Assembly: GCF_021917145.1 (NCBI RefSeq)
Contig: NC_061076.1
Coordinates: 13,160,768 to 13,224,767 of the forward strand
From: Hypomesus transpacificus
Lineage: Eukaryota
Reading direction: 5' to 3'
DNA: 64,000 bases
Below, in pieces: positions 1 through 12,540 of this stretch. Each line of letters starts with the position of its first letter. The first letter of the stretch is position 1. The notes beneath the pieces are model-generated. The model ran no database searches. It saw only the letters and a program-made list of their open reading frames with translations, and was not told the origin of the DNA. The translations under genes were made by a program, and so were the position numbers.

Positions 1-1224
1 CAGGTTCTCGTGATTACAGTGTGACAAAGTGGAATGATTAGGAGCCCCACAGACCCTGCACACTCTCTGGGAAGAGCGTGGCATGGCAGCTTGGGTGCCG
101 GGGTTGGAAGGCACTTGGGTATGCACTGTGACCAGCCGGTCCAACAGGTTTACCAAACTCTTCATGCAATCATTGTCGACACCAGCAGTGGTCAAAGGGG
201 CTGGAGGCTGTCTCGGTGGAGCAGCAGTGTTCAAGAGAGGTGCCTCTTCAAGTATAGGTACGTGGCACGAATTAGCTCTGTGCTCTACAACACTAGGCTT
301 TAGTGGTCTTGCAGCTGCAGATCTTGATTTCTTATCCTGCATGTGCTCATCGAGCCTATCTTGAATTTCACAGGCCGACCATTTGTCAGCAGACTTGAAC
401 TTGAAAACACTGTAGAGAGACTGGTCTGGGCAGTGTTTGATAAACATCATGCTGACCTCATGGCCCGGGTCATCAATGCTACGACCCTGCCTTTTCAAGC
501 ACTCGTCAGCTACATCCACCGTTTTATTTAGCCTAACCCAATACTCTATAGCATCTTCACCTGGTGTGGGCAGCGTGTTATAGAAATCTGACAGGGGCAT
601 GCTTGAGTATGATAGTTCACTGAAATGTTGTTTCAGAGTATCAAAAATCACATGTGGATTTGTAGCGTGATCGATAGATGTGTTACGCAGCTTTACTCTC
701 ACCACATCTCCTGCTTTGCCCATAAGCTTTGCCAGGATCTCTTGGGATTGCTCGTGAACTGGGATGGCACGTCTCTTTAAATACAGGGTCATGAGATTTT
801 CCCACTCGTGAACTGTAAATTTATCTGAGCCATCACCCCTGAATAAGGGAGGCTCCTTTGCGGCTGATTGCAGCACTACACTGACATTAGGCAGTGTTGT
901 CTCTGTTGGCAGAGGAATACTTGTGCTGTTTGTGCTCCTATCAGCCTGTAGCTGAGCTGTAATGGACTCACCCAGCTTTTCAGCTAACTGTGTAATGAGC
1001 GAACCTAAGTCTGGGTTCTGATTGAAGTGGCTCGGCATGGCACGGTCTACATACCGAGTTGAGGTCAACTGGGGGGTGCCCAACGCCGTGACTCCAGGCC
1101 CTGGTGTTCTGGTTTCTGAGGGCTGATTCAAAAATCCCCTCCCCACACCAAACTGGCACTCAAAAGAAACGCGCTCAGCATCATCACCCCCACTACCCAG
1201 TGAGTATGTTCTGCCCTCTGCCAT
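1..1224 (-). CDS. Gag-like protein of an LTR retrotransposon or domesticated gag (capsid-like core plus C-terminal CCHC zinc knuckle); partial, runs off window start
   Basis: Own translation of the minus strand from ATG (rc of cat at 1222-1224) gives an open frame of >=408 codons to position 1: MAEGRTYSLGSGGDD...FRGDGSDKFTVHEWENLMTLYLKRRAIP...CRVCGAPNHSTLSHC (CX2CX4HX4C). Not in ORF track because it is not closed inside the window. Confidence 0.6.
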   Translation of the reverse strand, partial: MAEGRTYSLGSGGDDAERVSFECQFGVGRGFLNQPSETRTPGPGVTALGTPQLTSTRYVDRAMPSHFNQNPDLGSLITQLAEKLGESITAQLQADRSTNSTSIPLPTETTLPNVSVVLQSAAKEPPLFRGDGSDKFTVHEWENLMTLYLKRRAIPVHEQSQEILAKLMGKAGDVVRVKLRNTSIDHATNPHVIFDTLKQHFSELSYSSMPLSDFYNTLPTPGEDAIEYWVRLNKTVDVADECLKRQGRSIDDPGHEVSMMFIKHCPDQSLYSVFKFKSADKWSACEIQDRLDEHMQDKKSRSAAARPLKPSVVEHRANSCHVPILEEAPLLNTAAPPRQPPAPLTTAGVDNDCMKSLVNLLDRLVTVHTQVPSNPGTQAAMPRSSQRVCRVCGAPNHSTLSHCNHENL

Positions 1225-1395
1225 ATTAAATGCCACCTTATCAACACAATGGAAGAAAAAAAACTGTTCAATGAAATCACAATGGATAAATTGGGAGCAC
1301 GAAATGACAGTACTAAAAGAGCATATCAATTGGCAAACATATATACAGCATCAAATCAGTACTTTACATTTCACAATTGACGAACGTGCTGTAAC

Positions 1396-1400
<5 letters not shown>

Positions 1401-1432
<32 letters not shown>
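1401..1432. repeat. poly(T)/(A) homopolymer tract (~45 nt incl. flanks)
   Basis: Uninterrupted T run seen directly in sequence. Confidence 0.9.
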
Positions 1433-1434
<2 letters not shown>

Positions 1435-1829
1435 CACTCAATCAGTTCACTGAGATGGTACAAAAAGTCCACAATGTGCAAACACCTACTTCGTTCAGCA
1501 TCGACACATGTGGATAGGCCTATATAAAAAAATAAATTGTCCATTCAAAATAAAATAAAACCCTGAGCACTCTCCACGGAAATACCTCAGTACCACAAAG
1601 GGCCAGTGGTAGCAGCTTCCTCGGCGAACGAGGTGATGTCGTCCTTTAAACCAATCCTTGAAAGGTCACGGCACCAATGTAACGGGTGTGCAACAGTTCT
1701 CGTGTTAATATATAGAAGTGCACATCCGTTAACGGCGTAATTGTCTGCGTTGTGTTCTGGGGGGGTGTGAATGTTGGATGAATGGAAGGATGGGAGACTG
1801 GACCACAAAGGAGGCTGGCTTTCTCTCAT

Positions 1830-2365
1830 TTATTCGCTTCTGTATGAGCCAAAGAAACCAACGTGTCAATAGTATAAACGGTCGTAGTCGGGACCAACAT
1901 TCCCTCCTCCGCTCAGACAGTAAAAAGCCTTCTGACGACGTATAAAATAATATGAAAATAAATAGAATAACATACTAGATGCACTTCACTGCATATACAC
2001 AAACATAACCAGCATCGATAATATAAAGAACATAAAACATTCATACCTGTATGAGCCAAAGAAACCAACGTGTCAATAGTATAAACGGTCGTAGTCGGGA
2101 CCAACATTCCCTCCTAGCAAACAAATAAAGAGGAAACACTGTAATACCCGGACGCACATGTACACAACAAAAACTCTCAAAAAGTGCATTTACTAAGTGC
2201 TAGCTAACAAAACAGCGCTGTAACATGTTCACACACTTAATTCACAACACACTTAGTTACACATTAAACATTTTCATTGTACACAAAACGACCTATATGC
2301 TAAAATATGACGAGAAACACAACAACATACCTCCGCTCAGACAGTAAAAAGCCTTCTGAGCTTTG
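1830..2365. repeat. local direct duplications (70-bp unit ctgtatgagccaaagaaaccaacgtgtcaatagtataaacggtcgtagtcgggaccaacattccctcct x2; ccgctcagacagtaaaaagccttctga x2)
   Basis: Identical strings at 1838-1907 / 2046-2115 and 1900-1926 / 2330-2356. Confidence 0.7.
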
Positions 2366-2478
2366 GCGCCACACACACGTCACAAAACACGGACTTCTCT
2401 TAAAGCTACAGTACAGGTACAAAAACACATCAACAAAGGAACAGGTTACCAAATGTACCTAAACATATACTGGTACAT

Positions 2479-3492
<1,014 letters not shown>

Positions 3493-3639
3493 TTCTCAAC
3501 TTATTTAAACCTAGCTGCAGGCACACTCGTTATGGGCAGGCAGATACGATTCGCTGACTCTTTACTAGCTCCCTCATGTGTCCGAAAGGTAGGTTGCACT
3601 ATATTGCAGAGTTCATTGCAGTAGGAGCTAAATCCCTGA

Positions 3640-3985
3640 GCCGTCCATATGGCCGTCCATAGACTGACGGCGATGGCTGCTGATCTTTGCATGGACGGAC
3701 TGACGGCAATACTGTTCAGAGTGCCGTCCCTGATTAGCAGGGACGTTCGTCGCTAGGGGGAGCATAGATCATGGACGGCGATGCTGTTCAGAGTTTCGTC
3801 CCTGATTAGCAGGGACGTCCAGCGACAGAGGGAGCATACAGCATGGACGGTGATGGACGGCAATACTGTAGCAGGGATGTCCGTTGCTAGAGGGAGCATA
3901 GTACTATGGACGGCGATGGACATCGATGCTGTTCAGAGTACCGTCCCTGATTAGCATGGACGGCGCTAGCACTTGAATGGTTGAA
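3640..3985. repeat. minisatellite, ~65-bp unit (atggacggcgatgctgttcagagtNccgtccctgattagcagggacgt...gggagcata) x ~5
   Basis: Tandem near-identical units read directly. Confidence 0.8.
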
Positions 3986-4974
3986 AAGGACGGCCATGTT
4001 TAGCAGGCTGTTGAGCTAAACCAGAACTGTCGAAGGCTACCATAGCATGTAGCTAGCTACAGCAACTTAGAATGACTCAATAACTTTTGTCACATTATTT
4101 TGTATGAATTTTTTAAGTGTACGATAAATATTTACGCCTTTATTTATTATTTGTTTTACATTATATATTATACAATATAGACTTGAAAAACAATATATTA
4201 TGGCTAGGGTTTGCCTAGATATAGGCTACATATATGTTGTGTGTTTTATGGGTGGATTTGGAGCCGCCAGTCAGTCGCTCTAATTTTGTGCACGAACCAC
4301 TAGAGCAGAGACAAATCTAAACGTTGCAATAATATGCTATGCGACAAGTCAAGTTTTGAAAATATGCATTTAGTCTTGCAGCACCAGCAAAATCATTAGT
4401 ATTAGTCGTTTTTGACTATGGATCCGGCAACATGTTATCTTACATGGTAAAGTTAGCATTGAGCCACAAGGTCTACAGTTATTAAAACATCATAAATTGA
4501 CATGGCTGTTCAATTATGATAGTGTAGCATCCAAAGTGTAAGGCCTGAATATCTCGTAGCATTAGACAAAAAGTGATCTGGTAACTCTTGGAGCTCATAA
4601 CCATCTACGTTTATTTTCTTTCTCCACACTTCTCCACTCCGTCGCTCTCTCCACACATCATCAACATGCTACCGGCCTTAGCAACAACATAGGAGTGTCG
4701 ATCAGGTCATCATATATCTCTGTCCACTGGATTACAGGGCTTGACATTAACTTTTTGAGGCAGTTGTCCTTTGGAAAAGTACGTTGATGTTTCACTTGTC
4801 ACTGCACAAAAGTCACTTGACCCCGATATCTTAAAATAGCCTGACCAAGTGATCGGGCAAAACCTAGCCTGGCTAACGAATGAAACAGGCTCGGTAAAAA
4901 AAATCCAATATGCTGGCTATCTTCAACAGGCTCGTATCTACAAAACTCAATCCTCCCTGACGTTTCTGGTGCTC

Positions 4975-5062
4975 CAACACACCTGATTCAAATGAATGGG
5001 TCGTTATCTAGCTCTGTAAAAGCCTGGTAACGAACATGCATTTGAATCAGGTTGTTGTAACA
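4975..5062. mobile_element. hairpin MITE (same family as 63530-63640)
   Basis: Palindromic ccaacacacctgattcaaatgaatgg...ccattcatttgaatcaggtgtgttgg structure, repeated at window end. Confidence 0.5.
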
Positions 5063-5157
5063 AGCATTGTTTTCCTGTTTCTCTTTATTCTTGGGTTTCA
5101 TGTGACGTCACACAGTGTTCGTGGCGCCATTTTAAGGACGGAAAAGATCTAACTGCT

Positions 5158-5341
5158 GTGCCGTCTAACTGCTGTGCTGTGGGCTGTGATAACAGCAAAA
5201 TACAAAAAGGCCTACATAAATGTAGCTTTTACAATTTACCAAAAAACACCGAACGTCGTAAGAAATGGATTGCAGTTATCAAGTGGGATCAATGGACTCC
5301 TACAGAACACTCCAGACTCTGTAGTGAGCACTTTATTTCGG
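5158..5341 (+). CDS. THAP zinc-finger domain exon (exon 1) of a THAP+DDE_Tnp_4 transposase-like gene (ISL2EU/PIF-Harbinger superfamily)
   Basis: CAVGCDN...HKCSFYNLPKN..RRKKWI...RLCSEHF = THAP C2CH signature; GTAGGT donor at 5342; upstream tgacgtca CRE-like motif at ~5103. Confidence 0.7.
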
Positions 5342-5503
5342 GTAGGTAGCTAGCTACTGCAGGTGCCCCAGCCGTTTTCGTAAACTAGAGCTAGCTCCCG
5401 ACGCTCGTTAGAAATTGTACGAAAATGTTGATATAATACAAATTTAAAAAAGTAATTACTTCCAAGTAGGTAATGTGTTGTTTGTCTCATTCTACCACTG
5501 CAG

Positions 5504-5817
5504 GTAAGAAAAGTGATAATCCCTTGAGCCCCGATTACGTGCCGAGCCTGTTTGCCTACCTGTCACCTGAGCAGCGCCAACGAAAAATAAATAGCTTCAC
5601 GAAGTTTGAGCAAACACAGGCTTTAAAGAGGAAGAGATCTAGTAACCAAGATGTTGCCAGTAATGCAAGGACGCATAATGACAAAGACAATTACTACAGT
5701 GACAGTCTTCCAGAGAACGGGCAGAGTGGGGAACACACTACTCTAAAGACCCCATCCATACTGAGAGCAGTGGAGCATGTTCTCATGAAGCCTGCCAAGC
5801 AACTGTCAAGAAATTGA
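5504..5817 (+). CDS. exon 2 of THAP+DDE transposase-like gene (THAP C-terminal AVPSLF motif and linker); ends in stop/frameshift region
   Basis: Acceptor cag at 5501-5503; phase 1 join gives ...CSEHFISG|KKSDNPLSPDYVPSLF; a coiled-coil-like frame (KLKDKCTRLRAEVYQLQDR) continues in the +2 frame from 5811 and hits TAA at ~5869. Confidence 0.5.
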
Positions 5818-5915
5818 AAGACAAGTGTACCAGATTGAGGGCAGAGGTCTATCAGCTTCAGGACAGGTAAAGCAAGTTATCTTTTCAGCAGGCGGTCTTT
5901 AAGGGTAATGATGAC

Positions 5916-6845
5916 ATGGTGCAAGACTTAACTGGACTTCCATTCTATGCCAAAATTATGGTTGTATTCACCTTTCTGTCAGGATCCCTAAAGGGGGGGG
6001 GGGCAGGGCTGTCTCCTTTTCAGTGTTTTTTAATGACTCTAATGAGAATGAGATTGAATTTACCACTGCACTTCTTAATTTATATATTTCTTGTGTCAAA
6101 GTCTACTGTAAGCCGAATTTGTAATAGTACACTAAGTGTAATGTACAGCATGTTGTCTTCATTCATAATATGGCCCAGTAAAGAGCAGATTCAAATCAGT
6201 TTACCCATGTGTTTCAAAAGCAGTAGTTACAGAAATTGTACTTCCATAATAGATTGCTTTGACATTTTCATTGAGAAGCCTAAGAACATGAGAGCCCCAG
6301 CACAAACCTATTCGCAGTATAAGCATCATAATACTGTGAAATATTTGATATCAATAACTCCACAGGGAGTCATATCGTTTGTCTTTACTGGTTGGGGGGG
6401 GCGAACAAGTGATAAGCACATAACACAAAACTGCGGATACCTGGAAAATCTGTCACTTGGTGATGTGGTCCTAGCAGATCGTGGGTTTACCATTGGAGAT
6501 GCTGTGGGCTTGTACAGTGCTCAACTCAAAATACCTGCCTTCACTAGAGGGAAACCGCAACTGCACCCATGTGAACTTGAGTCTACGAGAGGACTTGCAG
6601 CTGTTGGTATCCATGTGGAGCGCGTCATTGGTCTCGTGAGGAACAAGTACACAATCTTACAAAGCACAATACCCATCTCTCTCTGCAAGACTACAACTCC
6701 AGGAGAGCTTCCATCTGTTGACAAAATGGTCAGAGTCTGCTGTGCTTTGTGCAACATTTGCCCATCTGTTGTGCCTTCAGAATATAAATTTCTTTTAAGT
6801 AACATTGTGTTCTCAGTATCTAAATGTATGACTAAATGTAAATGA
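5916..6845 (+). CDS. DDE_Tnp_4 (Harbinger/HARBI1-like) nuclease domain of the THAP-transposase; same frame as the +2 frame of 5811-5868
   Basis: LSPFQCFLMTLMRMRLNLPLHFL...VSKSTVSRI (HTH), IIDCFDIFIEKP, YSQYKHHNTVKYLISITPQGVISFVFTGWGGRTSDKHI, LADRGFTIGD, ...VRVCCALCNICP typical DDE_Tnp_4 blocks. Confidence 0.7.
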   Translation: MVQDLTGLPFYAKIMVVFTFLSGSLKGGGAGLSPFQCFLMTLMRMRLNLPLHFLIYIFLVSKSTVSRICNSTLSVMYSMLSSFIIWPSKEQIQISLPMCFKSSSYRNCTSIIDCFDIFIEKPKNMRAPAQTYSQYKHHNTVKYLISITPQGVISFVFTGWGGRTSDKHITQNCGYLENLSLGDVVLADRGFTIGDAVGLYSAQLKIPAFTRGKPQLHPCELESTRGLAAVGIHVERVIGLVRNKYTILQSTIPISLCKTTTPGELPSVDKMVRVCCALCNICPSVVPSEYKFLLSNIVFSVSKCMTKCK

Positions 6846-7110
6846 CTAAAGGTAAATATTCCCACTATAAACTGTTTGTTTTTATGCAAGTCTTCAGAAT
6901 AGAAACATTTTTAAGTAACATTGTGTTCTCAGTATCTAAATGTATGACTAAATGTAAAAGACCAAAGGTAAAAATATTCCCACTACTGTTTGTTTTTATG
7001 CAAGTCTTCAGAATAGATTTTTTTTTGTAACACTGTGTTCTCAGTGACTAAATGTAAATGACTAAAGGTAAATATTGCCACTATAAACTGTTTGTTTTTA
7101 TGCAAGTCAG
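6775..7110. repeat. ~115-bp tandem repeat x3 immediately 3' of the transposase ORF (probable subterminal repeats of the element)
   Basis: Repeated taacattgtgttctcagtatctaaatgtatgactaaatgtaaa...ctgtttgtttttatgcaagtcttcagaataga units. Confidence 0.75.
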
Positions 7111-7477
7111 TAGATTATTTGAAATAAAAACAGTAAAATAAATTTCTCTTGTTCATCTTTAATTAATAATAATGAAATCATAACAATGGAGGTTTTGACA
7201 GTTCTGCAAAAACAAAATATAAAAAGTGGAACTCAAAATAAAGCAAAAAAATAACATAACCAAATGCACAACAGTTTATTTCATAGCTCAATAAAGAAAA
7301 GAAAACAAACATGTATCAATGATGATAATGTATTTTGCCTAAAAAAAACTAGGCCATAAATATGCATTTGTCTGTTGCTGCTCTTTAAATGCTCTTGAGC
7401 GTACATTTTTTAATAAAGAAATAAAGCATTACTACACTTTTTTTCTGCATTTCACATATCTGTCTTTGGTACCCTGC

Positions 7478-8572
7478 TCAATTTAAGGCAAGACCTGGGA
7501 AAGTGCTTCCGCATACACTGTCCAGACGTGCAGTTGATGTCATCTGTGTCACCATGTTTACCACAGTAGCATCCAAGTTCAGGTGGATGTTCTGTGGTTG
7601 CCGTGCCTGTGGGAGTATGCTGTGGTGCTGTATACCATTTCCCCAGCAGTTCTGGTCTCCGATCTTGATTAATTCAACCACTTTGAGGTAGGCATTGTGG
7701 AAGAAAACAGGATCATACTGGATCCGCTGGAGGAAAAACTCCTGCGGGGTCCATATCATATGATCACAGTAACTCACTGCGGCAACATGCATTTGAGCTT
7801 GCACTTGGTACATGAACTTGTGGCCAGTCTTCAGTGCCATTGTCCCATCCTCTCCTATGCCTAAACAGAACGATGGATCCTCGCAGCTTTTAGTGAGTGA
7901 GCAGTCCCTGCTGTTGTATGGGCATTTGATCTCCAGAACGCCATCAGCGTGACAAGTGCATGTTACCATGCCATCAGGTGATGCTCACATCCAGGGGAGG
8001 TCTGGGTTGATGATAAACCCTGAAGCTTTAACCTGGAAGTATATACAGTATATTGATAAATTGTACATGGATATTGATAGGCATACATAAATTAATTAAT
8101 CTTTGAATTGCTGATAGACCTAGAATTCTTGGTGATCTTGCATCACAGCTCGATAGTTTTCCCTTGCTTTTTCTTCATTCACTTGACCCCATCTGACAAA
8201 AATGTAAATACAAACTGTTTATTAAAATGTTTTTGTCTGAAGGAGATTTCCTGCCTATCAACATTTACCTAAAGGTGTTGCACTCTGCCATAAAAGCCTT
8301 TGCTTATAATTGACTTTTATTGACTGGCCAAACAAGTTACATGTCAAGTCACTACACAAATCAAACCTTAACGTTAAATTGTGCTTTACTCTGTACCTTG
8401 TTGCCTCGGTGGAAAGCTGAGATGAGCGTGGATAGCATATCCTTTTGATCAAAGACACAGGTCTGTTTGCTTTGGCTGCCTCGCTGAATACTGATGCTGT
8501 GACTCTTCCTGCCCTCTGATCAAACCAAACCCTACTTCTACTTTGTTCCCTGGTCTCCTCCTCAACTACCAA
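7478..8572 (-). pseudogene. YqaJ-like (lambda-exonuclease family, PD-(D/E)XK) nuclease domain gene, two exons (8258-8572 and ~7478-8035), in-frame TGA
   Basis: Exon 1: WFDQRAGRVTASVF (YqaJ N-motif); exon 2: ASPDGMVTCTCHADGVLEIKCPY; own translation of 7970-8035 shows PWM*ASPDG (TGA where G/L expected). Confidence 0.55.
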
Positions 8573-9287
8573 ACACTGGAAAAATGTCTCTTAGTTAGTT
8601 TGTTAATTAGCTGGCTATTTACTGAAATAGTTAGCAATGATTTTCAACTGAATTGACATTAACACCAACCTGTTGCTGTGTCAGTTGTAGGTTTTCAAAG
8701 GCTTTGGTACTCTCAACAAGTAGTGTGGGCATGTCCATCTCTAGGCAGGTGCTTTAATATAGGGTTGAATGAGGAGTGGGCAAGTCCAGCAGCATCGCCT
8801 TTGGTGTGTACCTTCAGTTGTGGAAGATGTATTCGGATATCAAACTATATATATTTCAAACTTTGTTGAAAATAGATACAATCGACAATAGATATATGCT
8901 TACCCTAAATTTGCTGATTACCGACGGGGAGATATCTTTGAAGCACTCACCAAACGATGTTGTGAATTGTGAGGAAAATTCCAGAAGCCTAGTCGAACTC
9001 CGTTGTGCATGCTCAGACAATTGTCGCTGGTCCCTCTTGCTCGGCCAACATAATTTTTTTTTGTGCAATGCTAAAAGTTTGGTGAACACAATTATGGATG
9101 TTCTCTTGATGAACATTTTGTAGTTCAGTAATGAAAATCATGCAATCATTGACCAAACATATTTTTCTTTTTTGACACAACCATTATGTTGAGCAAACAT
9201 GTATTTCCTCATTTGTACAACTGTTAGCATCGAAAAATTGTTACAGTGTACTTCAGCATACTTTCAGCTAGAGACACCATTCAACCT

Positions 9288-10858
9288 TTAAAGGGGCGAT
9301 TGATCGCAAAACCCATTTTACCGTGTCATAGTTGAATAACGACAGTTCGGTGGGTAAAATGAACATACAATGAATATCAAAGTCCACTGACACCTCTTTC
9401 CTATGCAAATCTCAAAAAGAAAAAATTAAGCTGTAAAACGCTAGCTTTTCAACAAAGCCACCGGTGTGACGTAGGACAGGGGACCGCCCTTTTTGGCTCT
9501 GGTCTGTATCCTTGTCACGCCCCAAAATTTACATCCAGACCCGCCCGAGGTAGCGTCTATCTCCGATACTAGTTTAGCTGCGCGCTGCTCTGTGTAGACT
9601 ACTTTTAAGGAATTACAAAGAAGAACGTTTTGAATTATAACAAGGATATTGAAAATGGACCACGGTCGTAAATGCTGTGTTCCAGGCTGTACAGGGAAGG
9701 CTAACACTCACAGTCTTCCCAAGGACCTAAACATTCGACAGGCATGGCTGCTGTTGTCTATGAGAAGATCCCGGCGAAGTTCGACACTCAATCATTCATT
9801 TGCTCTGAACATTTCACCCAAGACAGTTTTGACAACCTTGGACAATTTCAAGCAGGATTTGCTAGGAAGCTGAACCTGGAAAGAGGTGCTGTTCCGACCG
9901 TATGCTCATTGCAACCGCATAAGGACAGTATGATGTTGTGCTAACAGTTATTAGCAATGCTAACATGTCCTGTATATAGCATCCCAGGTAGAATAAATAG
10001 AAAAAATAGCCAGAAAACGAACAGCAGTCTGGCTTATTGCTAACGCCTGTCTAGATGATCTATTTGAAAGAACTGGAGAAAGGCAGGTGCTACATACAGG
10101 ATATGTTAGCATTGCTAGTAACTGTTACTAGTAACACCCAGACTGTAGTTATGTAAACTAGTTTAGCTTGCTAACGCAAGAGCATAGGTAGAATGTGTGA
10201 TAATATAGCCTAGTTTAATGGTAATGGGGCTAACGTTGTTTCATGTTCCTGACTGTGTTTCATTCAAATAAATAACTTATGTTTTGTAAATCTACAATTC
10301 ACGATGCATGTTTGTCCAGATCTTTGTCATGTTATTTTTCAGCAAGATATCTAGAGCTAGCTAACTGAAGCCGAGTAGAATCACGATATGGTTTGGTTGC
10401 TAAGCTGTAGCCTAACGTTCTACCCTCCTAAGTCAATCCAGTTTGCTTCAACAACAGAAGTGGAAACAAGTAATGTTATCATTTCAAATGATATGTAGTC
10501 AATCTGTTGAAAACAGTGTTGTGTAGATTTATTTGCACGTTTTTTTTTAAGTCTCCACCTTTGGTATTTCAGTAAGTGCTGCTGTTGGCCGTGTTGCGTT
10601 TTTGCTCCCCAGCTTCACTCGTTGAAAACCAACCAATCAGCGCGTAGCTTATCTAAATATTAATGAGCATACCATAGAAGGAGAAAAGCTAGTGTTTTTT
10701 CCCAGGAACATTTCAGAGGATCTATCAGGGGGCATAGAACAGCACCCGGGGCATTTTCAAGCCAACCAATGTTACATACCCTATTCGGAGACCTTAAGGA
10801 ACAGTGTGAAATACCCCAAAACCCCAGTCAATCGCCCCTTTAAAATGTTCAGAAGACA
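9288..10858. mobile_element. ~1.57-kb element bounded by inverted repeats tttaaaggggcgattga..; contains THAP-domain fragment
   Basis: 9290 ctttaaaggggcgattgatcgcaaaaccc vs 10830 aaaccccagtcaatcgcccctttaaaatg (reverse complements). Confidence 0.45.
9649..9944 (+). pseudogene. THAP-domain ORF with internal frameshift (~9745); promoter-like GC boxes and gtgacgt motif at 9460-9560
   Basis: MDHGRKCCVPGCTGK...HSLPKD...RQAW then frame-shifted ...ICSEHFTQDSF...GAVPTV. Confidence 0.55.
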
Positions 10859-12409
10859 TTCAGCTATTCCCAAATGATTCAGCTTTTTCAAATATTCAGC
10901 CAATTTTGAATTGTGACAGTTTCAAATACATGAACATTTAGGTCCTTCTTGATTTTTATGATTTTCTTCTGTTTTCTGCCTTCATCTTGCTCCAGGTCCT
11001 TTCAAAAATACCTTGCACAGCAGTATCTTCCAACTGCAAGTAGTTTTGCATTTTTCTTCTCTTTTCTGTACTTTTCTTAAAATTTCTGGCTGCAGGTCCT
11101 TTGTAACATACATTTCAAGCCTTTAAAAACTCCAGCAAATAATTTTCTGCAACATTTTCACATTTTTATGCATTGTTTCTCTTCTGTCTGATTTTTTTCA
11201 CTTTTTGTTTTGCATTTTTCTCCTCATTTCTGTAGTTTTATGCCTTCGTCCAGCTCCAGCCCCTATTTAAAAGACCTTTCGGGTACATTTCTCATAATCG
11301 AGCTAGCGCAATGGCTCTCCATAACTAAAAACGGTTCGACTTTTTTTCCCACAAATTGATTAAATTGTCCAAACAAGGTATGTACATTGAGCTTAAAGTG
11401 TACATAATCTAGTTGGATCGTTTTAGCAAGTTTTACAGAAATCTGCAAAAATTGAGGCTCGACTGTCATAGCTGACCGTCACGAACAGCCAAACTGGGGC
11501 TGGGGTAATTGTTTGCTGCAGCTGGCGTTAATCCTACGATCAAAAGCTTCTTAACTGGAAAGTTTTTACTTCTAATTGACGATATTGAACACAGATGTAA
11601 AGTAACTTGTCTTTACTCTAAATATCTTTGTTTTCAATTCGAAGTAGTAGATCTAGCTTATGTAGGAAATCTTCCATTACATCCTCTCTCTAGCTTCACG
11701 CCTTCGGTTATTATTCAAGCCTACGGTGTTAATACATACCACTTTGACACACTTTTAAGAAATGATCCGCTGGTTAGAAGCAGCATGATCTTGTTATTTA
11801 CGTATAAAAAACTCACCAGGGACAACGACAACCCTGCACTATGAATTATTATTTCGATGTCATCTTAAATCAAGTGTCTGAACAGGACTGGGTGTGCAGT
11901 TACGCATGATTAGTTTCTCCTCCGTCTTGAACCTGAAACCTAGATTCTAGGTTAGAAATGTTGCCAGTCTGTTGCTAATGACCAACGGTTGCTACCTTTT
12001 TCCAGCAAGTTCAAGTCATTCCAGTGTTGTCCTTTTACCTTCAAATTCGTTCAACCCAGACTTCAGCAACTGGAGCCGAGTGCACCAGCTGGGCGTACGC
12101 CTGGACGTACGCTACGTCCGACGTAGAATTGAAAGTTACGACTAGTACACCAGTTAGACTTAAGCCCTTTATGTGCTGCACTACATAGACAACGTTGTGT
12201 CAAAATGTTCGTCTTGGTCCCAATTGAGTTTGTTGTATTTTTATTTACGTTCCGTTGCATGGTCTAAGTTTAAATTACGTTTTTGTGGCAATAAGTGAAG
12301 CTAACGGTGGCTAACTTGCTAGCCACAGACACGGACGTTGCCAATGTCACTACGTCACGAAAACACGCGTGACTACTTGTAGCAGAACATTAGTTAAGCA
12401 GCTTGTTAA

Positions 12410-12540
12410 CTTATGGGTCGGAGATACCCAGCTAACACATGACGTTGCGGCAACGTTGACAGTAAGTGCTCAGTTGGTAACCCGCGACGATACCTTCTGG
12501 CAACGTTGTGGCAACGTCGTACCTTGGTCGGCTATGGAGT
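12410..12540. repeat. ACGTTGC-rich satellite-related block (duplicate of 33770-33890)
   Basis: cccagctaacacatgacgttgcggcaacgttg...ggcaacgttgtggcaacgtcgtacc shared with 33774-33850. Confidence 0.7.

Noticed and set aside
34-531. Three + strand ORFs (89, 93, 62 aa) at the window start
   Set aside because: They are antisense to the long minus-strand Gag-like ORF (1-1224) and have no motifs of their own.
5866-5887. Possible 22-nt GT..AG 'intron' (gtaaagcaagttatcttttcag) that would remove the TAA between the THAP linker and the DDE domain
   Set aside because: It is far too short for a vertebrate intron, so I treat the TAA as a genuine inactivating stop.
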